This document shows, piece after piece, positions 46,753 through 55,213 of a stretch of DNA of 64,000 nucleotides (the first letter of the stretch is position 1; each line of letters begins with the position of its first letter). A program made the translations under genes and the position numbers. Below the pieces are notes generated by a model. That model saw nothing but the letters and a program-made list of their open reading frames with translations, was not told where the DNA came from and did not search any database. Origin of the DNA: a virus. Where the stretch lies: IMG/VR virus record IMGVR_UViG_3300045988_162215; one strand, given 5' to 3'.

Positions 46753-49452
46753 TTAAACAGTACAGTATAAATAAACATTATGCTCTAAGTTATAACAATA
46801 TCTTACTACACTAATATCTTCTCCTTCAACTTCTATTGTTGAATAATCTGGAGTTGTACTTTCATTTCCAAATATAGAATTACAAATTATATTGCCATAA
46901 TTTTTATAAGAATTATATGCACCCAAATAGTTTACTATAATATTTTGTCTAACATCATAATTTGTTCTATAAAAAGAATTAAAAGAGTATTTATAAGATA
47001 CTGAAATATTTGGAATATAAATAGTTTGTAATTTATCACATCCATAAAAGCATCCATTCATTCTATTATAAATATTTGGACTTAATTTAATAGAACCTGT
47101 TATATTATTACAGCCATTATAGGCATTTCTAAAAATGCTAACGTTTTGACCACATACAGCTTTACTTAAATTAGTACATCCTGCATAACAATTTTCCATA
47201 TCTGTAACTAAAGGCCCGCATGTTGCTTCTATCAAATTAAAACAATTTCGATATGCATTGTCTAATTTAGTTACATTATTTCCACATACTGCATTTTTTA
47301 AACTATAACAATTTTCGTATGTATGATTTAGATATTGAACATTATTTCCACAAACAGCATTTTTTAAATTATGGCATCCTAAATATGCATATGCCATTGA
47401 AGTTACATTAGGCCCAGATACAGCTTCTTCAAGAGAAAAACAATTTGTATAAGCATAGTCCATGTTTTGTACAAGATTACCACAAGCTGCTCTACCTGTT
47501 ATATTAGAACATCCATAATAAGATTGATACATATAATTAACATTATCTGGACAAAAAGGTTCTCCATAAACATTTTGACAATTTTGAAAAGTGTTCCAAA
47601 ATCTATTTGTTTCAGTCCAACTATACCCATTTCCCCACAATTCTGAAAGATTTAATACTAAGTTATAACAATTTAAAAACATGCTGTTACAATTATAATT
47701 CCATTTATATAAACCAGCATACATTTCAATAATATAATTGTTTGCTTCCCATCTTCTAACAGCTGGTTCTATACTAGTTGAAGAAAATTGATTACCATTT
47801 AACTCTCTTAATTGAGTTTTTATTGTAATACTGTCTATATTACTAAAGGTAAATGTTGGAAGATATACGATTCCTGTTGCTTGATATACATACATATTAT
47901 ATAAATTATTATAATAACCACTTTTTACGAAAGAATATTTATTATCTGGAATATTATTTGGTAAATCATTATAGTTTATATTTTCCCAAGTAATAGGTTT
48001 TCCTAAAATAGAATATGAATTCGTATTTCTTTTAAAAGTGTTATCCCATGCTCTATTGTGTAAAACAAAAAAGTTTAATCTATTATTTGTATTAAAATTA
48101 TATAGTGCATTGGTAAAAGACTGATAACTGCCTATTTTATTTTGCATTAAATAAACATTTCCACCAGATAACTTTTGACAATTATAATAACAATTTGATA
48201 TGTTACTTAAATCATTATTATTGCTAAAAACAGGAGTTCCTGTTAAATTAGTACAATTATAATATGTCTGATACATAGAAGTAATATTATTAGAACTTAC
48301 TGGACTTCCTGTTAAATTTGTACAATTCCAATATGTAGATTGTAATTGCGATACGTTGGGACTTACTTTTGGACTACCAGATATTTTATAACAATTAAAA
48401 TATGTTTGATACATATCGGTAACTTTAGATCCACATACCGGTTCACCAGTTAAATTATAACAGTTATAATATGTTTGATACATATTGGTAACTTCAAGTC
48501 CACAAACAGGGTTACCTGTAATATTGTAGCACCCTAAATATGTTCCACTCATATTAGTAACTTTATCTCCACATATTGGAGGTCCTGTTAAATTAGAACA
48601 GTTTTGATAACAATTTTCAAAATATAAAACTTCTGGTCCACATACAGGATTACCAGACAATTTGGTACAATTATTATAAGTATAAAAGAAATGAGTAGTA
48701 TTTGGTCCACACACAGGTTCACTATTTAGATTTTGACAATTATAATAAGCATATTGCATTTCAAGTACATTGTTATTTGTTACTGCATTTTTAATATTTT
48801 TACAATATGAAAAAGCATATCCCATATATTTTACATTTGGTCCTACATAAGCTTCACTTAGATTATAACAACTTGAATATGCATTATCATAATAAATAAC
48901 TTTATTACCACAAGCAGCAGTGCCACTTATATTATAACATAAATTATATGTATCTGTCATATCAACAATAGTGTCACTACATTGAGGCTGCCCTTTTAAG
49001 GCAGTACATGACTTATAGGCATTCCTCATATTTGTAATTGCATTGCTTGTATAAATTCCTTGTTTTAAATAATTACAATAGCTAAAAGCATTATCCATGC
49101 TTCCATAAAAAGAATAATTGCAATTTTTATCTGGATATATATAAAAATTATTTCCATTTTGATATGACCAGGCTCTTTCTCCACCTGGTAAACTAAATAA
49201 TGTTTTTGAATTTTTTAATTCATTTGTTGGTTCTTCAGATAAGAAAAATATATTTTCTATTTTGTTTCCCATATTAAAGCCTGAAGCTGGAAGTATAGCA
49301 TAGTCAATAGCAGAAGAACCTCCTTGAATACTATTTATCGCATTTGGCATTTCTGCTAATTTATATTTATTATCTGTAGATAATTTATATCTAATTGCAT
49401 CTGCAATATTTGTTAGTAAATGAGGATTTACTAAACCTCTATTTGTTGGCAT
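46753..49452 (-). CDS. BspA-type leucine-rich-repeat (LRR_5-like) Cys-rich tail/receptor-binding protein
   Basis: More than 20 degenerate 22-23 aa repeats of form Y.NC.NL.G.PVCG..VT.M..TY. Confidence 0.55.
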   Translation of the reverse strand: MPTNRGLVNPHLLTNIADAIRYKLSTDNKYKLAEMPNAINSIQGGSSAIDYAILPASGFNMGNKIENIFFLSEEPTNELKNSKTLFSLPGGERAWSYQNGNNFYIYPDKNCNYSFYGSMDNAFSYCNYLKQGIYTSNAITNMRNAYKSCTALKGQPQCSDTIVDMTDTYNLCYNISGTAACGNKVIYYDNAYSSCYNLSEAYVGPNVKYMGYAFSYCKNIKNAVTNNNVLEMQYAYYNCQNLNSEPVCGPNTTHFFYTYNNCTKLSGNPVCGPEVLYFENCYQNCSNLTGPPICGDKVTNMSGTYLGCYNITGNPVCGLEVTNMYQTYYNCYNLTGEPVCGSKVTDMYQTYFNCYKISGSPKVSPNVSQLQSTYWNCTNLTGSPVSSNNITSMYQTYYNCTNLTGTPVFSNNNDLSNISNCYYNCQKLSGGNVYLMQNKIGSYQSFTNALYNFNTNNRLNFFVLHNRAWDNTFKRNTNSYSILGKPITWENINYNDLPNNIPDNKYSFVKSGYYNNLYNMYVYQATGIVYLPTFTFSNIDSITIKTQLRELNGNQFSSTSIEPAVRRWEANNYIIEMYAGLYKWNYNCNSMFLNCYNLVLNLSELWGNGYSWTETNRFWNTFQNCQNVYGEPFCPDNVNYMYQSYYGCSNITGRAACGNLVQNMDYAYTNCFSLEEAVSGPNVTSMAYAYLGCHNLKNAVCGNNVQYLNHTYENCYSLKNAVCGNNVTKLDNAYRNCFNLIEATCGPLVTDMENCYAGCTNLSKAVCGQNVSIFRNAYNGCNNITGSIKLSPNIYNRMNGCFYGCDKLQTIYIPNISVSYKYSFNSFYRTNYDVRQNIIVNYLGAYNSYKNYGNIICNSIFGNESTTPDYSTIEVEGEDISVVRYCYNLEHNVYLYCTV

Positions 49453-51201
49453 TTAAAATTCCTCCTCATCTAATACAATTAAATTATTTAAAGCATTATA
49501 GACCGCGGAAGCCGCTATGGGATTATTAGACTCGGCTGAGAGCTCCTTATCAACAGCCGCGCTTAATATACCTTCATCAGTAATATTAAGATAATTTCCA
49601 ACTTTAATTCCACCTAAAATTTCATTTGTTGCTATTGGTATCTCAGATATACCAGTTCCTAGTTTGATGCCATAGATTTGATCAATATAGGTATCTGGTG
49701 GATTAGTTGTTTCAACATAATAGTCTATTTTAGTAAAATCATTATTTATTTTATAAACTAAATTTGTTTGTATATTTATACAAATATCTTCATTATTACC
49801 TTTTGCAGTTTGTAACGCTTCTACTGAATATACACAACTTACTTGATGAACTTTTTGTGAAGTTAAATTATATGTTGTAAATAAAACTAAATCATAATTT
49901 AGCATAGAAGTAGATAATGTAATTGTATCAGCTGGAGTGGTTTCCGTAAGATGATATAATAATTCTACTTTTCCAGTTGGTCCTCCTCCATTTGAAATAG
50001 TTTTATTTGTCCACTTGTTTAAAATTTCATCCCAAACAAGAGCCTGACTATTTTTTAAATCTACTAACTCAACATCTTTTAAGCTAGAAATCGCGGACGC
50101 CTGATCAGCCCAAGCCCAGCCCCCTTCGCCGTCAGCAGTTGGAACTTGATCGACAGTTGCAGTAGACGCATCTAAATCAGCTTTTATAATTTTTGAATTA
50201 TAAACTAAGTTTCCTGTATCTGGATCTTCGCCTAATTTTTCAAGTACGTCTTGATTTTCAAAAATATAACCAACTTGAGCATTTTTATATAAAAGTTCAC
50301 CCGCGGTTCCCTCGCTTAGTTCCTCCAGTACTCTAGAGTTTGAGAACGTTTGACCGACGTCCGCGTCTTTATAGGTAAGTTTTCCATCTAGATTTTCACC
50401 TAATTTATCAAGAATAGTTTTATTAGAAAAATGTTCTCCATTAACTTTAACTGTATTATAATATAAATTATTATCATTATCAGCAGAAATTTTATTTAAA
50501 ATATCTTTATTTTTAATATCATCATCATACATTAGTTTATTATCTTTATAAACTAATTTTCCGTCCAGTGATTCTGATAATTGTAATAAGATATCTTGAT
50601 TCATAAAAATAAAATCAATAAGAGTATTATCATAAGCCAATTTTCCATTTATAACAGACAATTTTTTTAAAATATCTTCATTATCAAAAGTAATAGATTT
50701 ATTATTAAAATATATATTTCCAGATGCATCAGAAGCAAACTTATCCAATACATCTTTATTATTAAATTCTTGCCCTTTAACTACTCTGCCATTATATACT
50801 AAATCATCATTTTCATTTGCTGATAATTTTTCAAGAATATTAGCATTATCAAAACTTTCAGCTTTACCATCTTTAAGAATTGCAGTATGTTTACCATTTT
50901 TATCTTGAATAACAATAGTAACAATACCTTGCTCTTCATCTCTAACCATCGCGGCAGTCGGTGAGTAACCCTCAGGACCTGTATCTCCTTGTGCGCCCTT
51001 AGGACCTTGCTCTCCATCTTCTACCTGCATCTCTGACGTCATCACAGTGCCATCCCGCATCTGCCACTCAAAGGTTACCGTATTAGTAGTTCCTTCTTTT
51101 GTTATACTTTTTATAGTACAAGGCGCGCCCGCAACAGAACCAGTTCCAGACATAGATTGCTCTGTAAATTTCTTGGCTAAATTAAGAGTATCTAAATCCA
51201 T
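49453..51201 (-). CDS. tail fibre with collagen-like Gly-X-Y stretch and eight tandem 22-aa repeats
   Basis: GEQGPKGAQGDTGPEG. Repeats D(I/V)L(E/D)KLSE..DGKL.Y....(V/I)..F.N. Confidence 0.55.
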   Translation of the reverse strand: MDLDTLNLAKKFTEQSMSGTGSVAGAPCTIKSITKEGTTNTVTFEWQMRDGTVMTSEMQVEDGEQGPKGAQGDTGPEGYSPTAAMVRDEEQGIVTIVIQDKNGKHTAILKDGKAESFDNANILEKLSANENDDLVYNGRVVKGQEFNNKDVLDKFASDASGNIYFNNKSITFDNEDILKKLSVINGKLAYDNTLIDFIFMNQDILLQLSESLDGKLVYKDNKLMYDDDIKNKDILNKISADNDNNLYYNTVKVNGEHFSNKTILDKLGENLDGKLTYKDADVGQTFSNSRVLEELSEGTAGELLYKNAQVGYIFENQDVLEKLGEDPDTGNLVYNSKIIKADLDASTATVDQVPTADGEGGWAWADQASAISSLKDVELVDLKNSQALVWDEILNKWTNKTISNGGGPTGKVELLYHLTETTPADTITLSTSMLNYDLVLFTTYNLTSQKVHQVSCVYSVEALQTAKGNNEDICINIQTNLVYKINNDFTKIDYYVETTNPPDTYIDQIYGIKLGTGISEIPIATNEILGGIKVGNYLNITDEGILSAAVDKELSAESNNPIAASAVYNALNNLIVLDEEEF

Positions 51202-51370
51202 TCCTTTACCTCCTTTATTTCAAATTCTTCTAAGTAAATATGAAAATTAGGGACATAAAAATATAGGTAATTACCCAAACCTATTTTTGGATTAAAAAAG
51301 TTCAAACATCCATTTTGGTTCAGGTGTACGAGTGTCTGCGCTCCGAGCAGATTCTGCACTCTTGTTATCT

Positions 51371-51408
51371 AAATAAAAAAAATGGAGTTTCTTAGTCAAA
51401 GAAACTCC
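51371..51408 (-). terminator. intrinsic terminator closing the tRNA array
   Basis: GGAGTTTCTT-TGACT-AAGAAACTCC plus ATTTTTTTTATTT. Confidence 0.6.
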
Positions 51409-51436
51409 ATAATAGTAAAACGGCTTGTTCAAGAAA

Positions 51437-51510
51437 TTGAGGAGGAGAGACTCGGACTCTCGGTCTTTCGCGTATCAGACGAATGCTTTAACCATCTAAG
51501 CTACTCCTCA
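51437..51510 (-). tRNA. tRNA-Ile (anticodon GAT)
   Basis: Acceptor TGAGGAG/CTCCTCA. Anticodon stem TTCGT/GCGAA with loop CTGATAC. T arm GAGAG-TCCGAGT-CTCTC. Confidence 0.55.
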
Positions 51511-51511
51511 G

Positions 51512-51573
51512 CGCTGCACACAGGATTCGAACCTGCAAAGCCTTTCAGCTCCCTCACCACCCGGACATACAGC
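51512..51573 (-). pseudogene. degenerate tRNA-like element (62 nt; intact T arm and acceptor, defective D and anticodon arms)
   Basis: T arm GCAGG-TTCGAAT-CCTGT and acceptor GCTGTAT/GTGCAGC. Anticodon region GGAGC-TGAAAG-GCTTT has a 6-nt loop. Confidence 0.4.
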
Positions 51574-52356
51574 ATACATTTTAGAATTAAAAATTTTATT
51601 TTAATTTCCTTACTTAACGCCTAGACATTGTTAAGGGGTCTGCGTTGCCGCACCATCTTCCTTTATTTCCTCATTCCATAAAAATAAAATTTTAATTCTT
51701 CAACTCGGTACTTTTCATCTCAACTTCTAATTTGCCTAGATAGTAACCGATAATTCTTATTAAGACCTGAGATAGTCGATCAAATATTTTAATCTAAAAC
51801 CGGCAATAGTTAAAAGATTAAGTCCGTTATAGTTACGAACCCACAACTCGAAATTTCATTTCCTACCTCTTATTAGCGTGGGTGGGCGTCGCCGCACATA
51901 AAGTTATGTTTAATGGAAACTTTATGTTATAAACCATATAATATGGAACTGCATTGGGTGTAAGTTATCCTACTTTAGACTCTTACTCGACTCAAGGTCA
52001 ACGCCATTCTTCATGGATGCTTTTGCAGCGGCTCTCGTCGCTATATTCCATATACTACACTTATTTTTAGCAGTAGTCGCATAGCTTTCTTTTATAGTCT
52101 GTTTGGCTGCCGACTTTCTATCGCGTTTTTGTTCGCATCACCCTGGGTACTGATAGACATTTCGCGCTCCCATTGAACCAGCTTTGAATTTAAGACCTAC
52201 ACTGTGTGGCGAGATCTATGGTCTTTAGTTTATTCAACTAATGAGCGTTATGCACTCTGCTCTCGCTTTTCAGTCTTATTTATATCTAACGGGCTTCCTG
52301 CACCTAACAGGATAATTAAGTAGGAGATCTTTTAGACTAACACCCGTTAGAAATAA

Positions 52357-52439
52357 CGCCAGCACTAGGATTCGAACCTAGATATCCAGATGGATAGAAA
52401 ACTTAGCAAGTTTCTGCGATGCCCTTACGCCATACTGGC
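52357..52439 (-). tRNA. tRNA-Ser (anticodon GCT), type II with long variable arm
   Basis: Acceptor GCCAGTA/TGCTGGC. Anticodon loop TTGCTAA. Variable hairpin ATCCA-TCT-GGAT. T arm CTAGG-TTCGAAT-CCTAG. Confidence 0.7.
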
Positions 52440-52443
52440 AAGA

Positions 52444-52516
52444 AGCCCGTAACGGGAATCGAACCCGTATCAACTGCTTGGAAGGCAGCTATGCTAGCCG
52501 TTACACCACACGGACA
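52444..52516 (-). tRNA. tRNA-Gly (anticodon TCC)
   Basis: Acceptor GTCCGTG/TACGGGC. Anticodon stem GCTGC/GCAGT with loop CTTCCAA. T arm ACGGG-TTCGATT-CCCGT. Confidence 0.65.
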
Positions 52517-52520
52517 TAAA

Positions 52521-52566
52521 TCTGGGCAGTAGGATTCGAACCTACAACGTCTTGCGTGCCTTAGCA
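52521..52566 (-). pseudogene. orphan tRNA 3' fragment (T arm GTAGG-TTCGAAT-CCTAC plus acceptor 3' strand TGCCCAG-A) immediately downstream of ORF 52568..53002
   Basis: No complementary CTGGGCA 5' strand or D/anticodon arms found upstream. Confidence 0.45.
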
Positions 52567-52567
52567 A

Positions 52568-53002
52568 TCATAATGTAGATAGAATATCTTCGGCTTTAAA
52601 ATCTTTAGCCTGCTTTTGTGTAGAAAGTCTTGTGCCAACAGTCCAAAATTTTGTCTCATAAGTTCCAAATACAGGGAACATATAAAACTTTCCATTGAAC
52701 TCTGTCATAAAATAGTCCACATCTTCAGTAGAGTAAGTTACTTTTTTTGTTTTTCCATTGTCACGCACTTCATATTTAGTACGAACAAGGAAGCCTGTTT
52801 CATCTACTGGCATAGCGTGTTTTACTTGTATCTTGTAAAACTTTCCGTTTTTTTCAATTACTAAGTCATACTTTTGATGATTTCCGATTGGAATAAGAAC
52901 ATTCCAGCCTTGTTCAATCAAATATACCTGACATTTTAATTCTGTAATATCTCCAATTTGAGATGGATTAAGGTTTTCCAATACTATCAATCCTTTCTCC
53001 AA
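52568..53002 (-). CDS. PD-(D/E)xK-like nuclease-fold protein inserted in tRNA array (paralog of 54716..55129), candidate homing endonuclease
   Basis: Shared QIG.I.E...L.EQGW.V..PI.....YDLV.EK.GKFY..Q.K with the paralog. D...EK.GK resembles a PD-(D/E)xK core. Confidence 0.4.
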   Translation of the reverse strand: MEKGLIVLENLNPSQIGDITELKCQVYLIEQGWNVLIPIGNHQKYDLVIEKNGKFYKIQVKHAMPVDETGFLVRTKYEVRDNGKTKKVTYSTEDVDYFMTEFNGKFYMFPVFGTYETKFWTVGTRLSTQKQAKDFKAEDILSTL

Positions 53003-53068
53003 AGATATTCTTTATGAATTTCCAAGACAAGCAAGCGTTTATCCTAGCTGAGTTAAACCAGCTAAAAA

Positions 53069-53142
53069 TGGACATGGGGAGAATCGAACTCCAAACACCC
53101 TTGTGGGTTCTCCACGGTGACGGCATCCAGCACTACATGCCC
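53069..53142 (-). ncRNA. tRNA-like gene with non-canonical anticodon loop (identity unresolved)
   Basis: Acceptor GGGCATG/CATGTCC, D stem GTG/CAC, T arm GGAG-TTCGATT-CTCC. Anticodon region GTGG-AGAAC-CCAC gives a 5-nt loop. Confidence 0.35.
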
Positions 53143-53146
53143 ATAA

Positions 53147-53219
53147 TGTGCCTAGAGGGGCTCGAACCCTCGACTCTCAAATTAAAAGTTTGATACTCTG
53201 CCAGCTGAGTTATAGGCAC
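53147..53219 (-). tRNA. tRNA-Lys (anticodon TTT)
   Basis: Acceptor GTGCCTA/TAGGCAC. Anticodon stem TCAAA/TTTGA with loop CTTTTAA. T arm GAGGG-TTCGAGC-CCCTC. Confidence 0.7.
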
Positions 53220-53443
53220 TTAATTTGGCATTGGATAGCTTATCTTCCCCGGCTATCAACGGCGAGTTATTTATAGTCTACTCTTAGACTAAGTGATGCC
53301 AACTCACTTTTCTTATAGACACATAAGCGTGATTTCAGTACCGACTTCCATCTGAAATTCATACTCTTTCTGCTACGCACCGCTATTGCGTTAACACAGA
53401 TACCCTTTGTTTAATTAGCGATTTTATTCTCGTCGGAGTTTAA

Positions 53444-53515
53444 TTCTTCAGGTTAGATTTGAACTAACAGCTTTGGTTCTGTAAACCAATGTTTTATCCA
53501 TTAAACTACTGAAAA
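53444..53515 (-). tRNA. tRNA with anticodon ACA (Cys-decoding position; unusual A34)
   Basis: D stem GTTT/AAAC. Anticodon stem TTGGT/ACCAA with loop TTACAGA. T arm GTTAG-TTCAAAT-CTAAC. AT-rich acceptor TTTTCAG/CTGAAGA. Confidence 0.45.
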
Positions 53516-53815
53516 TTATTTACAATATTTATCTATAAATGAATCACAACCAAGATCGCAACAAAGCTTATCTAATTCTTTTGTTGGCATTGACTGAAAT
53601 TCATCTTTAATTACATAAACATCCCAACAACAGCTTTCCAAAAGTTCTTCGTCACTAATATCATCAAAACAATCATATGATTCAGTAACCTCTAGAGCCA
53701 TGTCAAGTCCAATTTCATCTGCTTCTGCTAATGTACTAACATCATAAACAGCTAATGTGTTAATACCATGCATTCCACCGTATGTACTTTCATAAGCATA
53801 AATAAAAACCTTCAT
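53516..53815 (-). CDS. acidic Cys-rich hypothetical protein
   Basis: ORF with promoter cassette 53849-53877 upstream. Confidence 0.35.
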   Translation of the reverse strand: MKVFIYAYESTYGGMHGINTLAVYDVSTLAEADEIGLDMALEVTESYDCFDDISDEELLESCCWDVYVIKDEFQSMPTKELDKLCCDLGCDSFIDKYCK

Positions 53816-53848
53816 ATAATTATCAGCCCTTTCTTTAACTTTCTATAA

Positions 53849-53877
53849 TAATTATATCAAAAATTTTATTATTTTTC
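53849..53877 (-). promoter_or_regulatory. promoter TTGAAA-N17-TGATATAAT plus RBS cassette
   Basis: Upstream of 53516..53815 and the downstream tRNA. Confidence 0.55.
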
Positions 53878-53879
53878 AA

Positions 53880-53950
53880 ATATGTGCATTAGGATTCGAA
53901 CCTAAACAAAAAGCTCCAAATGCTTTCGTGCTACCATTACACCATACACA
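53880..53950 (-). tRNA. tRNA-Gln (anticodon TTG), second copy
   Basis: Acceptor ATGTGTA/TGCACAT, D stem GTG/CAC. Anticodon stem AAAGC/GCTTT with loop ATTTGGA. T arm TTAGG-TTCGAAT-CCTAA. Confidence 0.55.
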
Positions 53951-54082
53951 TCTTCAATTATTATATAATTGAATAAATTTAATTTAACGCGCGTTCTGTA
54001 TATTAGGTCATTACATTAAAGCAGTTCTATGGTTGAACTTTTACCAGAATGGGATTCCAAACCCTCGACTTTCTTGTAATGA

Positions 54083-54153
54083 AGCATGAAGTTGGAGTCG
54101 AACCAACCTATGAGGTTTTGCAGACCTCCTCCTAGCCGCCCGGACCTCCATGC
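54083..54153 (-). tRNA. tRNA-Cys (anticodon GCA)
   Basis: Acceptor GCATGGA/TTCATGC. Anticodon stem GAGGT/ACCTC with loop CTGCAAA. T arm GTTGG-TTCGACT-CCAAC. Confidence 0.65.
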
Positions 54154-54231
54154 AAAATATAAACTAGACACTAATATTTAATAATTGATTTGTCTTTTAA
54201 TTCTTTAATATTATAGCTGTATGTATCTAAA

Positions 54232-54303
54232 TACTCCCGACAGGATTTGAACCTGCATAGCGTGCCTTAGAAGGACACTGCCTATCCATTAGGCTACGGA
54301 AGC
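54232..54303 (-). tRNA. tRNA-Arg (anticodon TCT)
   Basis: Acceptor GCTTCCG/CGGGAGT, D arm GCC-TAATGGATA-GGC. Anticodon stem GTGTC/GGCAC with loop CTTCTAA. T arm GCAGG-TTCAAAT-CCTGT. Confidence 0.65.
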
Positions 54304-54307
54304 AAAA

Positions 54308-54380
54308 TACGGGTGGTGAGATTCGAACCCACACTTGACGAGGCTTAAACTCGTTGTCTCTGCCGTTGGACTACACCCGC
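54308..54380 (-). tRNA. tRNA-Leu (anticodon TAA) with atypically short variable region
   Basis: Acceptor GCGGGTG/CACCCGT. Anticodon stem ACGAG/CTCGT with loop TTTAAGC. T arm GTGGG-TTCGAAT-CTCAC. Variable region only 5 nt. Confidence 0.5.
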
Positions 54381-54668
54381 TTATCAGGCTAGCTGCAGTG
54401 GTATCGAGGAATTGCACCCCGGTTTCCTCTTTATAAGGAAGGCGACTTATCTAGTTAGTCGAATACCCTAGCCTATAAAAATGGCAGTCCACTCTTCTGC
54501 CGATTTAATGAGTTTCTTGCTTCTCCTGCGCAAGGCTTAATTAAATGCTTTATTCTAGGTGTTGTCGCGACACGTCACTAGAAAGAGTGTTATAATAAAA
54601 CTAAGCACATAAAATTTTTAGATTTACAATCCAAACCATCTTCTTTAAAATTGCTGTTTGTGCTTAAA

Positions 54669-54743
54669 TGGGCGGAGAGGGAATCGAACCCACTCGGGAC
54701 ATAAAGCCTTCGGTTTTATTCCTCGTCCGAGATTTGAACTCGG
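54669..54743 (-). pseudogene. two tandem tRNA 3' fragments (T arm plus acceptor 3' strands) at the 3' end of ORF 54716..55129
   Basis: CCGAG-TTCAAAT-CTCGG-ACGAGGA (overlaps the ORF's last codons) and GTGGG-TTCGATT-CCCTC-TCCGCCC-A. Confidence 0.5.
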
Positions 54744-55129
54744 TATTTATATGTTTGAAACCCTTGATTATTTGCATTTGGCTCTGTTCTTAATCTTATA
54801 GATTTTCGATTTTGCTGAATATCTTTTATTGGTATTAGCCACATATTCAAATCTTTGTTTACACAAAATAAATAATCAAGCTCAGAATGGTTTAAAAGAT
54901 TATCATAAACACCGCCATTTGTACCTCCAGTGGAACGAAAATCAATATCTCCATTTTCAGTTTGAGTAGCCTTACATTGGACAGTATAAAATTTTCCATC
55001 TTTTTCAACCACTAAATCATACCACTGAGTGTCATTTATTGGAAGAGATATTGTATATCCTTGACAAGTGAAATAATTTATTGCCATACTTAAACCAATT
55101 CTTCCAATTTGTTTTCTGTTAGTTTTCAA
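54716..55129 (-). CDS. PD-(D/E)xK-like nuclease-fold protein (TTG start) inserted between halves of a tRNA-like gene
   Basis: Paralog of 52568..53002. RBS AAAGGAG. Flanked by complementary acceptor strands GGGCGGG (upstream) and TCCGCCC-A (downstream). Confidence 0.45.
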   Translation of the reverse strand: MKTNRKQIGRIGLSMAINYFTCQGYTISLPINDTQWYDLVVEKDGKFYTVQCKATQTENGDIDFRSTGGTNGGVYDNLLNHSELDYLFCVNKDLNMWLIPIKDIQQNRKSIRLRTEPNANNQGFQTYKYRVQISDEE

Positions 55130-55149
55130 AATTATATAAAAACTCCTTT

Positions 55150-55191
55150 CGAGACCAGACCGATGTGTCTACCTTATCACGCTACCCGCCC
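55150..55191 (-). other. tRNA 5' half (acceptor GGGCGGG, D-like arm, start of anticodon region) transcribed from promoter 55214-55242
   Basis: GGGCGGGTAGCGTGATAAGGTAGACACATCGG.... Its acceptor strand is complementary to the 3' fragment at 54669-54676, about 480 nt downstream. Confidence 0.45.
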
Positions 55192-55213
55192 TTAATTTTT
55201 ACTTTCTATAAAT

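Noticed and set aside
51382-51624. Plus-strand 80-aa ORF
   Set aside because: Overlaps tRNA-Ile, the degenerate tRNA-like element and the array terminator on the opposite strand.
54020-54082. Possible additional tRNA next to tRNA-Cys (T-loop-like GGGTTTGGAATCCC and AGTTC-AACCATA-GAACT hairpin)
   Set aside because: Could not be folded into a cloverleaf on either strand. Probably a pseudogene remnant.
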